From sequence record OM634661.1: a stretch of 64,000 bases of DNA. The stretch is one strand, 5' to 3'. The position numbers and the translations under genes were made by a program. Under the pieces are notes generated by a model, which did no database searches, had not been told where the DNA came from, and saw only the letters and a list, made by a program, of their open reading frames with translations. Shown here one piece after another: positions 21,096 to 30,622 of this stretch (position 1 is the stretch's first letter; each line of letters opens with the position of its first letter).

Positions 21096-23204
21096 ATGGG
21101 TATAAGAGATAAACGTTTTTTTACAGCAGTTAATAGAATTATCAGGGAAGAACTTCAGAAGGGAAATCTTCCCTCTTCTAGAGAGTTTAGTGCAAGACTT
21201 TCTCATTACATGAAGAGCTTTAATATAAGCCGTCCAGAATTTCAGTATTATCCAATTAGACCTGGAACTCTTGCAAGATCTAGTGATTACAATAGAACAA
21301 TGATAGAAGTAAACAATGACCTATCTATTCTATATGAAAATACAATTGATCTTCATAATGACTTAGCAAAAAACTTTAGTCAATTTGAAGTAGATAAAGA
21401 GCGGTTGGATTATGAACTAAATTTATTAGAAAACAAATTAAAAGAAATGATTTTACTTTATACAAACTCAGGTTTTATCAAAACAGTCTATGACGTATTT
21501 GATGACTTAGAGAAAGTAAATGCAGAAGAGACAACAGCTCATATTGATGTAAAAAATCACGAAGTAGGAATCGCTGAAATTAAAAACACGAGTTTTAGAA
21601 TTTATCCAGAATCAACAGCAAGCTTCAGCTTATTACCTGCTGTTAGTAAAGATGTAAAGACAACAAAGATTAATGGAACTCCATCATCTGCTCTTTCTGA
21701 TAATATTGATGAAACATGGCAGCAGCTTATCACATCTCCTCAAAAAGAAGAGATTGCTGGGTACTATTTCGTTAACTTCAAAACAAAGCAAATGATGAAT
21801 AGAATTGATCTCAGTATACATGGTGTAGTACCTACAAACGTGAAAATAGAATTTACACCTGATAATATTAACTGGTTTTCTCTACCTTATCATGAAGAAA
21901 GTAAAAAGATTATTGAAGGATCAGTATACGACTTCCCTAGTATTGAAATTCAAAGACTTAGAATCTTACTATCTAAAATAGAGCCAGATGATCAAAGTGC
22001 AAATAATGACTTTGCTAAAGAAGAAGATGAAGATAATCTTTATTACAAGTATTTAATAGGCATAAAGAGCTTGAAAATGTTTCAGCTGGATTTCCCTTCA
22101 GAGGCAACTCTTGTATCAAAGCCTTTAAAACCTGACCTTAAAGAAGGAGAAAACTTTAGTATCAATAAAGTATCTCTTATTGTAGATGAGGTGTTACCTA
22201 ACGGAACAGATATCAAATACTGGATTGGTGTACCTGAAACAGAAGCAGGTAGAGACATTGAATGGAGAGCCATATCTCCTTCTAACAGAGAAACACCAGA
22301 GTATGATCAGATCATTGATTTTAAAAATATCACCAGAGCACCAGCCTATCATTTTGAAATTGAATCAGATATATCAGTTGGTGAGTATGAACTTGAAAGC
22401 TATTATACGAATGGAATCAAGTTCTATAAAATTGGTGAAGTAGAAGAAAGTAAAAAAATCATTGAGGGAACAGAAAGATTGTTTGTTGGAAAAGAAAGCT
22501 TTGGGATTAAATATTTTACTGGAGAATTTGATGATCATAGTACACACACACCATCTATTGCAGATTGGGATGAACCATTAAGTAATGTGCAGCATTCATT
22601 TCATAAAATAGAAGATGGAAAACCTGGATTAATTCTTGACAAAGAAAAGCATAAGTTAGCAACGAGCTATATGTTTACAACAGGTGTATTCTCAGAAAAA
22701 AAAGAAGAACTTGTAAGTGCTGTACCAGCAAGTACAGAGCCAATTGCTATCTATATGAATGGAGAATTACTATACCAAGGAATTCCTAACTCATCAGACA
22801 AGATTAATTATCTATTTAAAGGTGGATGGAATGAAATCGTTATTCTTCTTTACACAAGAAATCCATTGGCGGCTAATGGTGTAACGCTTGACCTATCATT
22901 TGATGTTCGTGAATATGGAGCAAATGTGTATAGCAGCCCAAAACCTTTAGAGCAAGTAACACTATTCGATCTTAGATACAACATCAAAAGTAATGATCGA
23001 AATAAGTATGCACTGACAGAAGTGAATGATAAAACGTATATCGTTTTGAATCATATTGTTCAGGGATTAGATTACGACTTCTTCTTCCATTTCGTAGATG
23101 GAGATGCGAAACAAGAGATTCTTTTAAAGGCAGAGTTTTTAAAGACACGAGAGCTTACGAATGTTTCACCGAAAATAAAAAGCTATAGATTAGGATTTAG
23201 TTAG
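21096..23204 (+). CDS. Virion (baseplate-type) structural protein
   Basis: 702-aa ORF, paralogous to the 19268 protein. Confidence 0.6.
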   Translation: MGIRDKRFFTAVNRIIREELQKGNLPSSREFSARLSHYMKSFNISRPEFQYYPIRPGTLARSSDYNRTMIEVNNDLSILYENTIDLHNDLAKNFSQFEVDKERLDYELNLLENKLKEMILLYTNSGFIKTVYDVFDDLEKVNAEETTAHIDVKNHEVGIAEIKNTSFRIYPESTASFSLLPAVSKDVKTTKINGTPSSALSDNIDETWQQLITSPQKEEIAGYYFVNFKTKQMMNRIDLSIHGVVPTNVKIEFTPDNINWFSLPYHEESKKIIEGSVYDFPSIEIQRLRILLSKIEPDDQSANNDFAKEEDEDNLYYKYLIGIKSLKMFQLDFPSEATLVSKPLKPDLKEGENFSINKVSLIVDEVLPNGTDIKYWIGVPETEAGRDIEWRAISPSNRETPEYDQIIDFKNITRAPAYHFEIESDISVGEYELESYYTNGIKFYKIGEVEESKKIIEGTERLFVGKESFGIKYFTGEFDDHSTHTPSIADWDEPLSNVQHSFHKIEDGKPGLILDKEKHKLATSYMFTTGVFSEKKEELVSAVPASTEPIAIYMNGELLYQGIPNSSDKINYLFKGGWNEIVILLYTRNPLAANGVTLDLSFDVREYGANVYSSPKPLEQVTLFDLRYNIKSNDRNKYALTEVNDKTYIVLNHIVQGLDYDFFFHFVDGDAKQEILLKAEFLKTRELTNVSPKIKSYRLGFS

Positions 23205-23214
23205 GAGTGATGAA

Positions 23215-24003
23215 ATGATTATTAAAAATGAAAGACGACCAAGTGCTATTCGTTCCAATGCTAGATATAGAGGACCTAGTGAGCTTCATAAGTATGGTAA
23301 TTTTATTGGAGAAACTGTTCATGATTTAAAAGATTTAGGCGGAATAATAGATCGTAATGAAATGGTAGAAGGACATAGAGGGCAAACAGATTATATACAT
23401 GACAACTTCTCTGCTTATATGAGTGGGGAAGGTTCTCTTCATGTAACTTCTAATATAGATACAGCTGTCACTATTATTAAACCAGAAGGGCATGTTTTTG
23501 AAGAGTTAGATCTAATGGATAATTCGTGGTCTACTTATAATAATTGTGTAAAGAAAGTGAATGAAAAAGGTGAAGTATCACTTTCATCTCCTGGAACACT
23601 TGATCCTTCAGGTATAGGAACTGAAATCCTAGTAGAAGAAGGAGATATTATTTACATGAGATTAGCAGTTGAAGTTGTTAGTGGGAATATTGATACATTT
23701 ACAATTGGAAGCCACAATGTGAATCAAAATCAGGGGTCTCTAAAAAAATTCGACTTATCGAAAAAAAGGGGTATCATTTATTTAGACAACAGGTTATATT
23801 GCTTACATCGAGAGCCTATTCAATTAAATATTGATGTTCACAACATTCCAGCGAATCTCAGTCCAGTCGAGATTTTGATCAAGGAAATAGAGATACGTTA
23901 CCTATCTGAAAAGAAGGTAAAGTTAGAATCAATTAATAGCAATATGAAAGCAAGCATTAATACTTTAGAAGACAAGATAGAGAACAGTATTAAGTATAAG
24001 TAA
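23215..24003 (+). CDS. Hypothetical virion protein
   Basis: N-terminus ARYRGPSELHKY resembles the N-terminus of the next gene (HKGPSTSKEF). Confidence 0.55.
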   Translation: MIIKNERRPSAIRSNARYRGPSELHKYGNFIGETVHDLKDLGGIIDRNEMVEGHRGQTDYIHDNFSAYMSGEGSLHVTSNIDTAVTIIKPEGHVFEELDLMDNSWSTYNNCVKKVNEKGEVSLSSPGTLDPSGIGTEILVEEGDIIYMRLAVEVVSGNIDTFTIGSHNVNQNQGSLKKFDLSKKRGIIYLDNRLYCLHREPIQLNIDVHNIPANLSPVEILIKEIEIRYLSEKKVKLESINSNMKASINTLEDKIENSIKYK

Positions 24004-24015
24004 GGGGGAGTAGAT

Positions 24016-25269
24016 GTGCAGCCTAGATCTCAAAGAAGTTCAAATATACATAAGGGACCTTCTACATCTAAAGAATTCAATGATATAAGAGAGAATATGT
24101 ATTATGATCTTCTTGAATTGTACAGCATCGCAGAAGCTCACGATGAAGAAATCAAATCGAATATGGATACTCTAATCACAGAGAATCACTTTATGCAAAA
24201 CAAGATCATTGATTTAGAAAAGAAAGTAAGAAAGATAGAATCCGATTTAATGTATGCACAACAAGGATTGAATAAGCAAAGCTTAATCAAATCGTTTTAT
24301 AGTCTAGAAGGTTTATATGATGGAGACTTAAAAAAACAATCATATATCAATACAATGTACGGTTATCTTTCATTGCCACCTAGCGATATTGTGTCAAAGA
24401 TTTCATATAAAAATGATGCTGGGAACGTAATGATACCAGATTCCTTAGAAGTGCAGATTTTTGAATCTCATAATGCTCAACCTATTGATGAAGAAACAGG
24501 TCTTAGAGAATATTATGTGGTTGAAGATGAGAATGTAAAACTTGCATTTGACAGAGACAGGAACTCTGTTTGGAGAAGAACGGCAACATTTCCTGGAGAC
24601 AGTGGTGTAAGTGAAGTATACGGCATACTACATATTAAACTTCCATTGGATGTCATTAATAATGTGTATGCAAATACACTGACAATCAATCCTTTCCCCG
24701 AATTCTCAATGACAATTAGAGATATTCAGTACAAAGGATATGGGAAGCAGTGGTACAGACTTGAGAATTACCCAACTGAAAAAGATGATGAACATATTGA
24801 ACAGCCAGTAGAAATTCAAAAAAGTGGGAAGATGATCTTCTCATTCCCTAAAACAGAAGTTGTAGAATTACAAATCTTCTTTACCCAACCATACTGGTGT
24901 GAAAATGAAGTGAACCGAGATTTTGTTTATGGATTTCAAGAGATCGAACTGGAACATAGAATCTATAATGATGTGACATCAGAAATCGTAAGTGAATTTA
25001 GTTTGGAAAAGACAACAAAAGGATTTCAAAACATTGAAAAACCTACCATTGTCCCTTTAGTTGGTACACCTCAAGAAATAGAGGACCTTGTACAACACAA
25101 GCTCTATTACAACAAGGAACTAACAAATGAATTCACATTCGGAAATGAAATCATGGCTCCGATACAAAAGGTGTATGTAAAAACAATATTTAAAGGAAGC
25201 GGAGAGATTATACCTTTCATCAAAGAAGTTGTTCTCAATTACAACTACAAAGACCTTGAACAGTACTGA
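24016..25269 (+). CDS. Virion structural protein (same paralog family)
   Basis: Coiled N-terminus; DRNSVW; NTLTINPFP; FVYGFQEIELE. Confidence 0.55.
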   Translation: MQPRSQRSSNIHKGPSTSKEFNDIRENMYYDLLELYSIAEAHDEEIKSNMDTLITENHFMQNKIIDLEKKVRKIESDLMYAQQGLNKQSLIKSFYSLEGLYDGDLKKQSYINTMYGYLSLPPSDIVSKISYKNDAGNVMIPDSLEVQIFESHNAQPIDEETGLREYYVVEDENVKLAFDRDRNSVWRRTATFPGDSGVSEVYGILHIKLPLDVINNVYANTLTINPFPEFSMTIRDIQYKGYGKQWYRLENYPTEKDDEHIEQPVEIQKSGKMIFSFPKTEVVELQIFFTQPYWCENEVNRDFVYGFQEIELEHRIYNDVTSEIVSEFSLEKTTKGFQNIEKPTIVPLVGTPQEIEDLVQHKLYYNKELTNEFTFGNEIMAPIQKVYVKTIFKGSGEIIPFIKEVVLNYNYKDLEQY

Positions 25270-25305
25270 CCTTAAAGGGAAGGAAGTACATAGAAGAGGT
25301 AGGTT

Positions 25306-25833
25306 TTGTTAATGAAAAACTTCATATTCAACATTTTAAATCCACTGTCTGAACCGTTCTTCTACATCAAAGGAATCTTAGTTTTTATTATTGGACCATT
25401 AAATATCCAATTGTCTTATCTTTTTTTGGCAGTCGGGATAGATCTTATTCTAGGAATACAAGTATCTAGAAAGAATAATGAATTCAAATGGTCCATCTTA
25501 TTTTCCAAAGTGAGGAAAAAACTAACAGCGTATATTTTGTGGATTGCAATGTTCCATGCTTTTGATATGATTGCAGGACTTCCAAACTCTGCTAGATGGG
25601 CAGTGATCATGAGTCTTGCTGGACTAGAAATCATATCAGCAACTAAGAACACAGCTAAATTAGGTCATAATAGACTTGCTGATGTCATCGAAAGTGTGTA
25701 CCTTGCTCTTACAAAAACATCTGTTAAACCACCTGCAAAACAATCGGATGAAATAATAGAGGTCGATGTAAAGGCAAGAACTATCGAAGGAGGCACAGCA
25801 AATGAACAACAAAATGCCAATAGAACAGAATAA
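25306..25833 (+). CDS. Holin (phage holin 4 / toxin-secretion holin family)
   Basis: LFLAVGIDLILG...KWS...KVRKKL...EIISATKN..KLG pattern; 3 hydrophobic segments. Confidence 0.75.
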   Translation: MLMKNFIFNILNPLSEPFFYIKGILVFIIGPLNIQLSYLFLAVGIDLILGIQVSRKNNEFKWSILFSKVRKKLTAYILWIAMFHAFDMIAGLPNSARWAVIMSLAGLEIISATKNTAKLGHNRLADVIESVYLALTKTSVKPPAKQSDEIIEVDVKARTIEGGTANEQQNANRTE

Positions 25834-26404
25834 GCTGGAATTGATGATAGCTATAGCATTTAGTCTATTGATCCTATTTCTTTCAAGTACAGAAGTAGGA
25901 TATGTTACGATATCGAAATATCGAGAGCTTGACTTAGCAATTATACCTGCTGTATTTGCTGCTCTTATAGGAGGATATAGGGTAGGGATACCAGTAGCAA
26001 TTGCTTGGGCCTTAATAGGATATAACAATGAAGCAAGCGGCTTGCAGATCTACACACTACATGGAGTTTTGATTACAAAGGTTGGATATGTTGTAGCAGC
26101 CACATGGTCATACAAGTGGTTTAGAAAAAAGTTTGTAGGATCTCCATACAATGTATATAGAGCAGTACTAACAGCCGTATTCTCAAAATGGATAATATCT
26201 AACCTTATGGTTTCGTACATTATTAGAAATTGGGATAAGTATCAAGCATTTGTTAATAATAGTGTAAGAGAAAGTATCATTGAAGCGGGCTTATGTGTGC
26301 TAATGATGGCACTCACTATTAAACACTTTAGACAGATTCATATATTAAATGGAATCAAGAGAAAGGAAAAGAATAAGAAGGAAGAACACACTGAAAGGGG
26401 GTGA
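25802..26404 (+). CDS. Membrane protein resembling an ECF transporter S component
   Basis: GYV...LDLAIIPAVFAALIGGYRVGIPVAIAWAL, typical of S-component helices 1-3; 5-6 TM segments. Confidence 0.55.
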   Translation: MNNKMPIEQNKLELMIAIAFSLLILFLSSTEVGYVTISKYRELDLAIIPAVFAALIGGYRVGIPVAIAWALIGYNNEASGLQIYTLHGVLITKVGYVVAATWSYKWFRKKFVGSPYNVYRAVLTAVFSKWIISNLMVSYIIRNWDKYQAFVNNSVRESIIEAGLCVLMMALTIKHFRQIHILNGIKRKEKNKKEEHTERG

Positions 26405-26409
26405 ATTAG

Positions 26410-26679
26410 ATGAAGAACTTTTTTCATGACAAAGGTACAGTAATTCGAACAGTCCTTTTGGTTTTAGCTTTACTCAACCAGATCTTAGCTATCTCTGGTG
26501 TAAAACCTCTTCCACTTAGTGAAGATGATGTGAATCAATTCATCAATATGGCTTACGAAATTGTTACATACGGATTCACATTAGCAATGGTTGTTGTTGG
26601 CTGGTTCAAAAACAACTATGTAACTGAAAAAGGAAAGCAACAGAAAGAAGTTTTAAAGCAAAAAAATCTAACGAAATAA
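26410..26679 (+). CDS. Holin, SPP1/XhlB family
   Basis: DKGTVIRTVLLVLALLNQ...PLP.SEDDV...WFKNNYVTEKGKQQKEVLK. Confidence 0.85.
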   Translation: MKNFFHDKGTVIRTVLLVLALLNQILAISGVKPLPLSEDDVNQFINMAYEIVTYGFTLAMVVVGWFKNNYVTEKGKQQKEVLKQKNLTK

Positions 26680-26694
26680 TTGGAGGAATCGCAT

Positions 26695-27438
26695 ATGACA
26701 ATGTACTATTATGAAAGAAACCTAAAGAATATCAATCAGCTTGCTGACAATACAAAAGCAGCAGCTTTGAAATTGTTGGATTATGCGGAAAAGAACAAGA
26801 TTGGTGTTCTCATCTATGAGACAATTAGAAGTAAAGCGCAACAAGCACAGAACGTTAAAAACGGTGCATCTCAAACAATGAATTCTTACCACATTGTAGG
26901 TCAAGCATTAGACTTTGTTTATACTGGCGGCTATGATAAGTCATCTACATTATGGAATGGATATGAAAAACCAGAAGCTAAAAAGTTTATTGCATATGCA
27001 AAACAGCTTGGTTTCAAATGGGGCGGAGATTGGTCTAAATTTGTTGACAAACCGCACCTAGAATTCCATTACAAAGGGTATGGAACAGATACATTTGGTA
27101 AGAAAGCTGCTCCTGTGAAAACTGGAACAGTAACAAAGCCAGCTAAGAGTCCTGCAAAGCCAAAGCCTAGCACAAGTAAATCTAAATATAATCTACCTAA
27201 TGGAATATATAAAGTAAAATCGCCTTTAATGAAAGGCAGTGCAGTAAAAGCTATTCAAGAAGCTCTAGCATCTATCTATTTCTATCCTGAAAAAGGCGCT
27301 AAGAATAATGGCATTGATGGTTACTACGGACCTAAGACAGCAGATGCTGTGAAACGATTCCAATCTGTTAGCGGACTTCCTGCTGATGGAATCTATGGAC
27401 CTAAAACAAAAGCAGCTATTGAGAAAAAATTAAAATAA
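26695..27438 (+). CDS. Endolysin: L-alanyl-D-glutamate peptidase (M15C, Ply500/CwlK-like) with C-terminal PG_binding_1 domain
   Basis: YETIRS..QQ, SYHIVGQALDF, WGGDW..FVDKPHLE; C-terminal ALASIYFYPEKGAKNNGIDGYYGPKTADAVKRFQ is XlyA-like. GGAGG RBS precedes ATG 26695. Confidence 0.9.
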   Translation: MTMYYYERNLKNINQLADNTKAAALKLLDYAEKNKIGVLIYETIRSKAQQAQNVKNGASQTMNSYHIVGQALDFVYTGGYDKSSTLWNGYEKPEAKKFIAYAKQLGFKWGGDWSKFVDKPHLEFHYKGYGTDTFGKKAAPVKTGTVTKPAKSPAKPKPSTSKSKYNLPNGIYKVKSPLMKGSAVKAIQEALASIYFYPEKGAKNNGIDGYYGPKTADAVKRFQSVSGLPADGIYGPKTKAAIEKKLK

Positions 27439-27443
27439 GTGGA

Positions 27444-27472
27444 TTGAATTGTCATTTCATTTAGTCTATAAT
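27444..27472 (+). promoter_or_regulatory. sigmaA promoter TTGAAT-17-TATAAT
   Basis: -35 at 27444-27449, -10 at 27467-27472; no ORF before the next terminator. Confidence 0.7.
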
Positions 27473-27478
27473 TAACTT

Positions 27479-27576
27479 GTATTGTTGATCGGATCGACCC
27501 TGACTAGGTCGATCACTGACTTGCATATCTATTTCAGGATGCAAATTAAGGAGAAGCTTAGGCTTCTCTTTTTTTT
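27479..27576 (+). ncRNA. Putative small RNA of about 100 nt (two hairpins plus terminator)
   Basis: Hairpin GATCGACC/GGTCGATC (27492-27514); hairpin TTGCAT.TCT/AGG.ATGCAA (27521-27544); terminator; dedicated promoter. Confidence 0.55.
27549..27576 (+). terminator. Rho-independent terminator
   Basis: GAGAAGC-TTAG-GCTTCTC followed by a T8 tract. Confidence 0.85.
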
Positions 27577-27618
27577 ATGACAAAAAGCTTTACTTTATCT
27601 TTATGACATGTTATGATA
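27575..27618 (+). promoter_or_regulatory. sigmaA promoter TTTACT-17-TATGAT (extended -10) overlapped by three TTATGA boxes
   Basis: -35 at 27589-27594, TG at 27609-27610, -10 at 27612-27617; TTATGA at 27575, 27601 and 27611. Confidence 0.6.
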
Positions 27619-27648
27619 TATTCAAGATAACAAAAGGAGAGAATAAAA

Positions 27649-27837
27649 ATGAAAATTGAAAAAGAACGCTTCACAACATATATCCCAACAAAATTAAAGG
27701 AAGATATCGTTAAACTTTCTAATGAAACAAGAATACCACAAGCAGGTTTATTCGAAGAAGCAGTTGTGGATCTATTAGAGAAGTACAAAGAAAAAGGATC
27801 AACAGTAAAAGATATTTTGAAAAATAAAGAGCATTAA
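27649..27837 (+). CDS. Ribbon-helix-helix DNA-binding protein
   Basis: RFTTYIPTKLKEDIVKLSNETRIPQAGLFEEAVVDLLEKY. Confidence 0.8.
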   Translation: MKIEKERFTTYIPTKLKEDIVKLSNETRIPQAGLFEEAVVDLLEKYKEKGSTVKDILKNKEH

Positions 27838-27839
27838 GC

Positions 27840-27868
27840 TTTACAGTGTCATAACTTTATGATATATT
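27840..27868 (+). promoter_or_regulatory. sigmaA promoter TTTACA-17-TATATT with palindrome TCATAA-CT-TTATGA in the spacer
   Basis: Palindrome at 27849-27862; TG at 27860-27861. Confidence 0.6.
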
Positions 27869-27888
27869 AAGTATAAGAAAAACAAGTA

Positions 27889-27917
27889 TTGAAAAAATCA
27901 AACATAGTCGTTACTAT
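27889..27917 (+). promoter_or_regulatory. Promoter-like motif TTGAAA-N11-AGTCG-T-TACTAT
   Basis: Variant of the recurring motif; 17-bp spacer to TACTAT. Confidence 0.5.
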
Positions 27918-27947
27918 AGCGAAGCGACAAAATAGGAGGAAGAATAA

Positions 27948-28844
27948 ATGAACAATATGGACGTATTTCAAATGGATAGCACACTAATCAGATATGATCA
28001 AGATGAAGCAGTAAAAGTCATTACAAGAAAGATTGATAAGAGTCTTATTGAAGAAAGAAAACAAGGTGGCGCTACATTAAGTTATATCGGTGGAAGCACT
28101 GTGATTGATTTACTAAATGAAGCATTTAATTACCAATGGTCATTCGAAATTGTAAGAGAAGAAGTAGTAGAATCTCTTCCGAAATTAAGAACAAAATGGA
28201 ATAGAGAACAAAAGAAAAACGAACCAGTAATTGATGAGCAAGGTAATAAGGTATATGATCCACAGCCTCCAGTAGCAAAAGTTTTAGGAAGACTGACAGT
28301 ACCTGGATTAGGAATTAAAGAACAATACGGCTCTAAGGTAATTATCGGAGGAGCAACTGAACAAGAATCTTCATTCAAAGCGGCATCAACAGATGCAATG
28401 AAAAAATGTGCGACACTATTCGGTATCGGTAATGAACTGTATAGAAAAGCAGAGCAAAGCACACAGCAAAGTAGTCAAACAAGTTCTTACAAGCCACAAA
28501 CAAAATCTTCTTCTTATCAAACAAAGAAGCAAGATGTTGTTAAGAAACAAGAACCTGTAGTAGAAGTAAAGAAACAAGAGGAAGTAGAGGCTGCTTCGAA
28601 TCCAAACACACAAGCAGAAAAGAAAGAAGTGACTGCAAGTAGTGGTGGATCAGTAAGTTGGAACAAAGACGATATTCAAAAGTTAAAAGAACTAAAAGCG
28701 ATTTTAGGGATTACTGAAAATAAGAACCTTGATCCTTATGTAAGAGAGTATTTAGACAGTGCAGATGCAACACACAAGATGATTTCAAAAACAAACATTG
28801 CAGGATTTAATAACTTCTTGAGCAAAAAGATTAACGAAGAGTAA
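27948..28844 (+). CDS. Rad52/Rad22-family single-strand annealing protein (Sak-like)
   Basis: LSYIGGSTVIDLLNEAFNYQWSFEI...KAASTDAMKKCATLFGIGNELY. Confidence 0.85.
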   Translation: MNNMDVFQMDSTLIRYDQDEAVKVITRKIDKSLIEERKQGGATLSYIGGSTVIDLLNEAFNYQWSFEIVREEVVESLPKLRTKWNREQKKNEPVIDEQGNKVYDPQPPVAKVLGRLTVPGLGIKEQYGSKVIIGGATEQESSFKAASTDAMKKCATLFGIGNELYRKAEQSTQQSSQTSSYKPQTKSSSYQTKKQDVVKKQEPVVEVKKQEEVEAASNPNTQAEKKEVTASSGGSVSWNKDDIQKLKELKAILGITENKNLDPYVREYLDSADATHKMISKTNIAGFNNFLSKKINEE

Positions 28845-28897
28845 GATGGAGGGCGTTATGCCCTCCTTAAATAAAGTAGGGGAAGGAAGAATCAAGG

Positions 28898-29617
28898 ATG
28901 AGGAATGAATCAATCGCACTATCTATCAAGTTTTTTGAAGAGGTAAAGGGTTTTGAAAAAAAGAATGGAAAGATTGTTGCGCCTTCCGATTACAAAAAAA
29001 GAGTCATTCAATTCTTTGATGAATTAATCGAGGGCGGAATGACAGTAAGTGAAATTTCAGAAGTAATGGAACGATATAAGAAAGAACATGAAAAAGCATC
29101 AGAAGTATATAGTCCGCAAGAAATGTTCAAGTTCTTAAATGTGAATATCAAGAGAGGGAAGGTAAAAGAAGATCCTAACAATTTGATTAAAAGAGGAAAG
29201 TTCTACTACCATCCCGAATTACAAGTTACACCACCACCTCCAGTTCTAAGAGAGAATAGAGATGGAACATTCTCATATATAAATGAAACAAGTGAATTCT
29301 ACTTAGAAATAAGAGAGAAGTACACATTAGAAGATTTAACAAATTACTTTTATAAAACCATGAGACTTCCAAAGAATGAGATGTCATTTAAAAGAGACAT
29401 GGGTGCTTTTAAACACATGCTTGAAACAATGGACTTAGACTTAATTTTATACACAATTGATGAAGCGCTATTCCTATCCATTGACACAAATAAAAGACAC
29501 CCGAAGGTAGCTTTCGATATAAGAGATTATATTGGTGAGGGAGAAGAAATCCTCGGTGCAAGAAAAGCTATCTGCTATGAAGGAGGGTTGAATCGTGTTA
29601 TCCCTAGAAAGGTTTAA
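28898..29617 (+). CDS. Hypothetical protein, possibly replication-associated
   Basis: 239-aa ORF directly upstream of, and overlapping, the primase gene. Confidence 0.6.
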   Translation: MRNESIALSIKFFEEVKGFEKKNGKIVAPSDYKKRVIQFFDELIEGGMTVSEISEVMERYKKEHEKASEVYSPQEMFKFLNVNIKRGKVKEDPNNLIKRGKFYYHPELQVTPPPPVLRENRDGTFSYINETSEFYLEIREKYTLEDLTNYFYKTMRLPKNEMSFKRDMGAFKHMLETMDLDLILYTIDEALFLSIDTNKRHPKVAFDIRDYIGEGEEILGARKAICYEGGLNRVIPRKV

Positions 29618-30608
29618 GTATGTAGAGGGAGGAAGAAATCTTCCTAACAATAAGTTTACAAGAAATGAAATGATGGAGATAAAAGACATACCAAAATACA
29701 GGCTGAAAAATGGAAACAAAGGGATTTATCTTTCAGCGTACTTATATGATGACATGAATGTGAATCAAGCAAATCTTTACGGAAACTTCTATCTTGATTT
29801 TGATAGTGAAGATGACTTTGAAGTGGCTAGAAGAGATGCGCTTAATGCGATATGGTATCTAGAACAAAAGCATAGATATAATATCCCAAAGGATTTTATG
29901 CGAATCTTCTTCAGTGGAAAAAAAGGTCTTCATATTGTTATACCTGCACAAATCTTTGGTGTTGAGCCTGATAAAAACTTGAATGAATATTACAAGCTAA
30001 TGGCTCAAGATATTGCTTCTGTGATTGAAAGCGATACAATAGATCAAAGAATTTATGACAGAAGAAGACTTTTTAGAATACAAAACAGTGTTCATGCATC
30101 TACTGGATTATACAAAGTACCTTTAACATACTTTGAACTTTCTCGATTCACATATGATGAGATAAAAGAGAAAGCAACAAGTCCAATTGAGATCAAGTAT
30201 CCAAAGTCAGAAGTGCTAGATAAAGCGCAAAGAGAGTACAGAAGGCATATAGAAAGATGGAATAATAGATATAAAGAGAAGTTTGATAAGAAAAAGAACT
30301 TTGAATCTAAACCATTGGACTTCACGCCCGCCTGTATTCAAGAACTGATACAAAGTGGTCCAGTCAAAGGAAAGAGGAACAATACTGCTGCGGCACTCAC
30401 ATCCTTTTGGAAGAAGCAAGGAGGAAGTGAGCAAGAAGTATGGGATAGACTTGTGAAATGGAATGCAGGGTCTATCACAGAATCAGAACTAAAAAACACC
30501 ATGACAAGTGTATACAAGAACAACTATGAATATGGATGCTCAACATTAGAAACATTAGCAACATGTGCAGGGAAACAATGTCCGTTGTTTAAGGAAAAAG
30601 ACGAGTAA
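29595..30608 (+). CDS. Archaeo-eukaryotic primase (primase-polymerase) with PriCT-like C-terminus
   Basis: FYLDFD (motif I), FSGKKGLHI (motif II), DQRIYDRRRLFRI (motif III), GKRNNTAAALTSF (PriCT), terminal Cys cluster. Confidence 0.8.
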   Translation: MLSLERFKYVEGGRNLPNNKFTRNEMMEIKDIPKYRLKNGNKGIYLSAYLYDDMNVNQANLYGNFYLDFDSEDDFEVARRDALNAIWYLEQKHRYNIPKDFMRIFFSGKKGLHIVIPAQIFGVEPDKNLNEYYKLMAQDIASVIESDTIDQRIYDRRRLFRIQNSVHASTGLYKVPLTYFELSRFTYDEIKEKATSPIEIKYPKSEVLDKAQREYRRHIERWNNRYKEKFDKKKNFESKPLDFTPACIQELIQSGPVKGKRNNTAAALTSFWKKQGGSEQEVWDRLVKWNAGSITESELKNTMTSVYKNNYEYGCSTLETLATCAGKQCPLFKEKDE

Positions 30609-30622
30609 CAGGGGGAAACGTG

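Noticed and set aside
28848-28866. GGAGGGC/GCCCTCC hairpin as a terminator
   Set aside because: It lacks a U-tract, and the next gene follows closely; more likely an mRNA-stabilising or processing hairpin.
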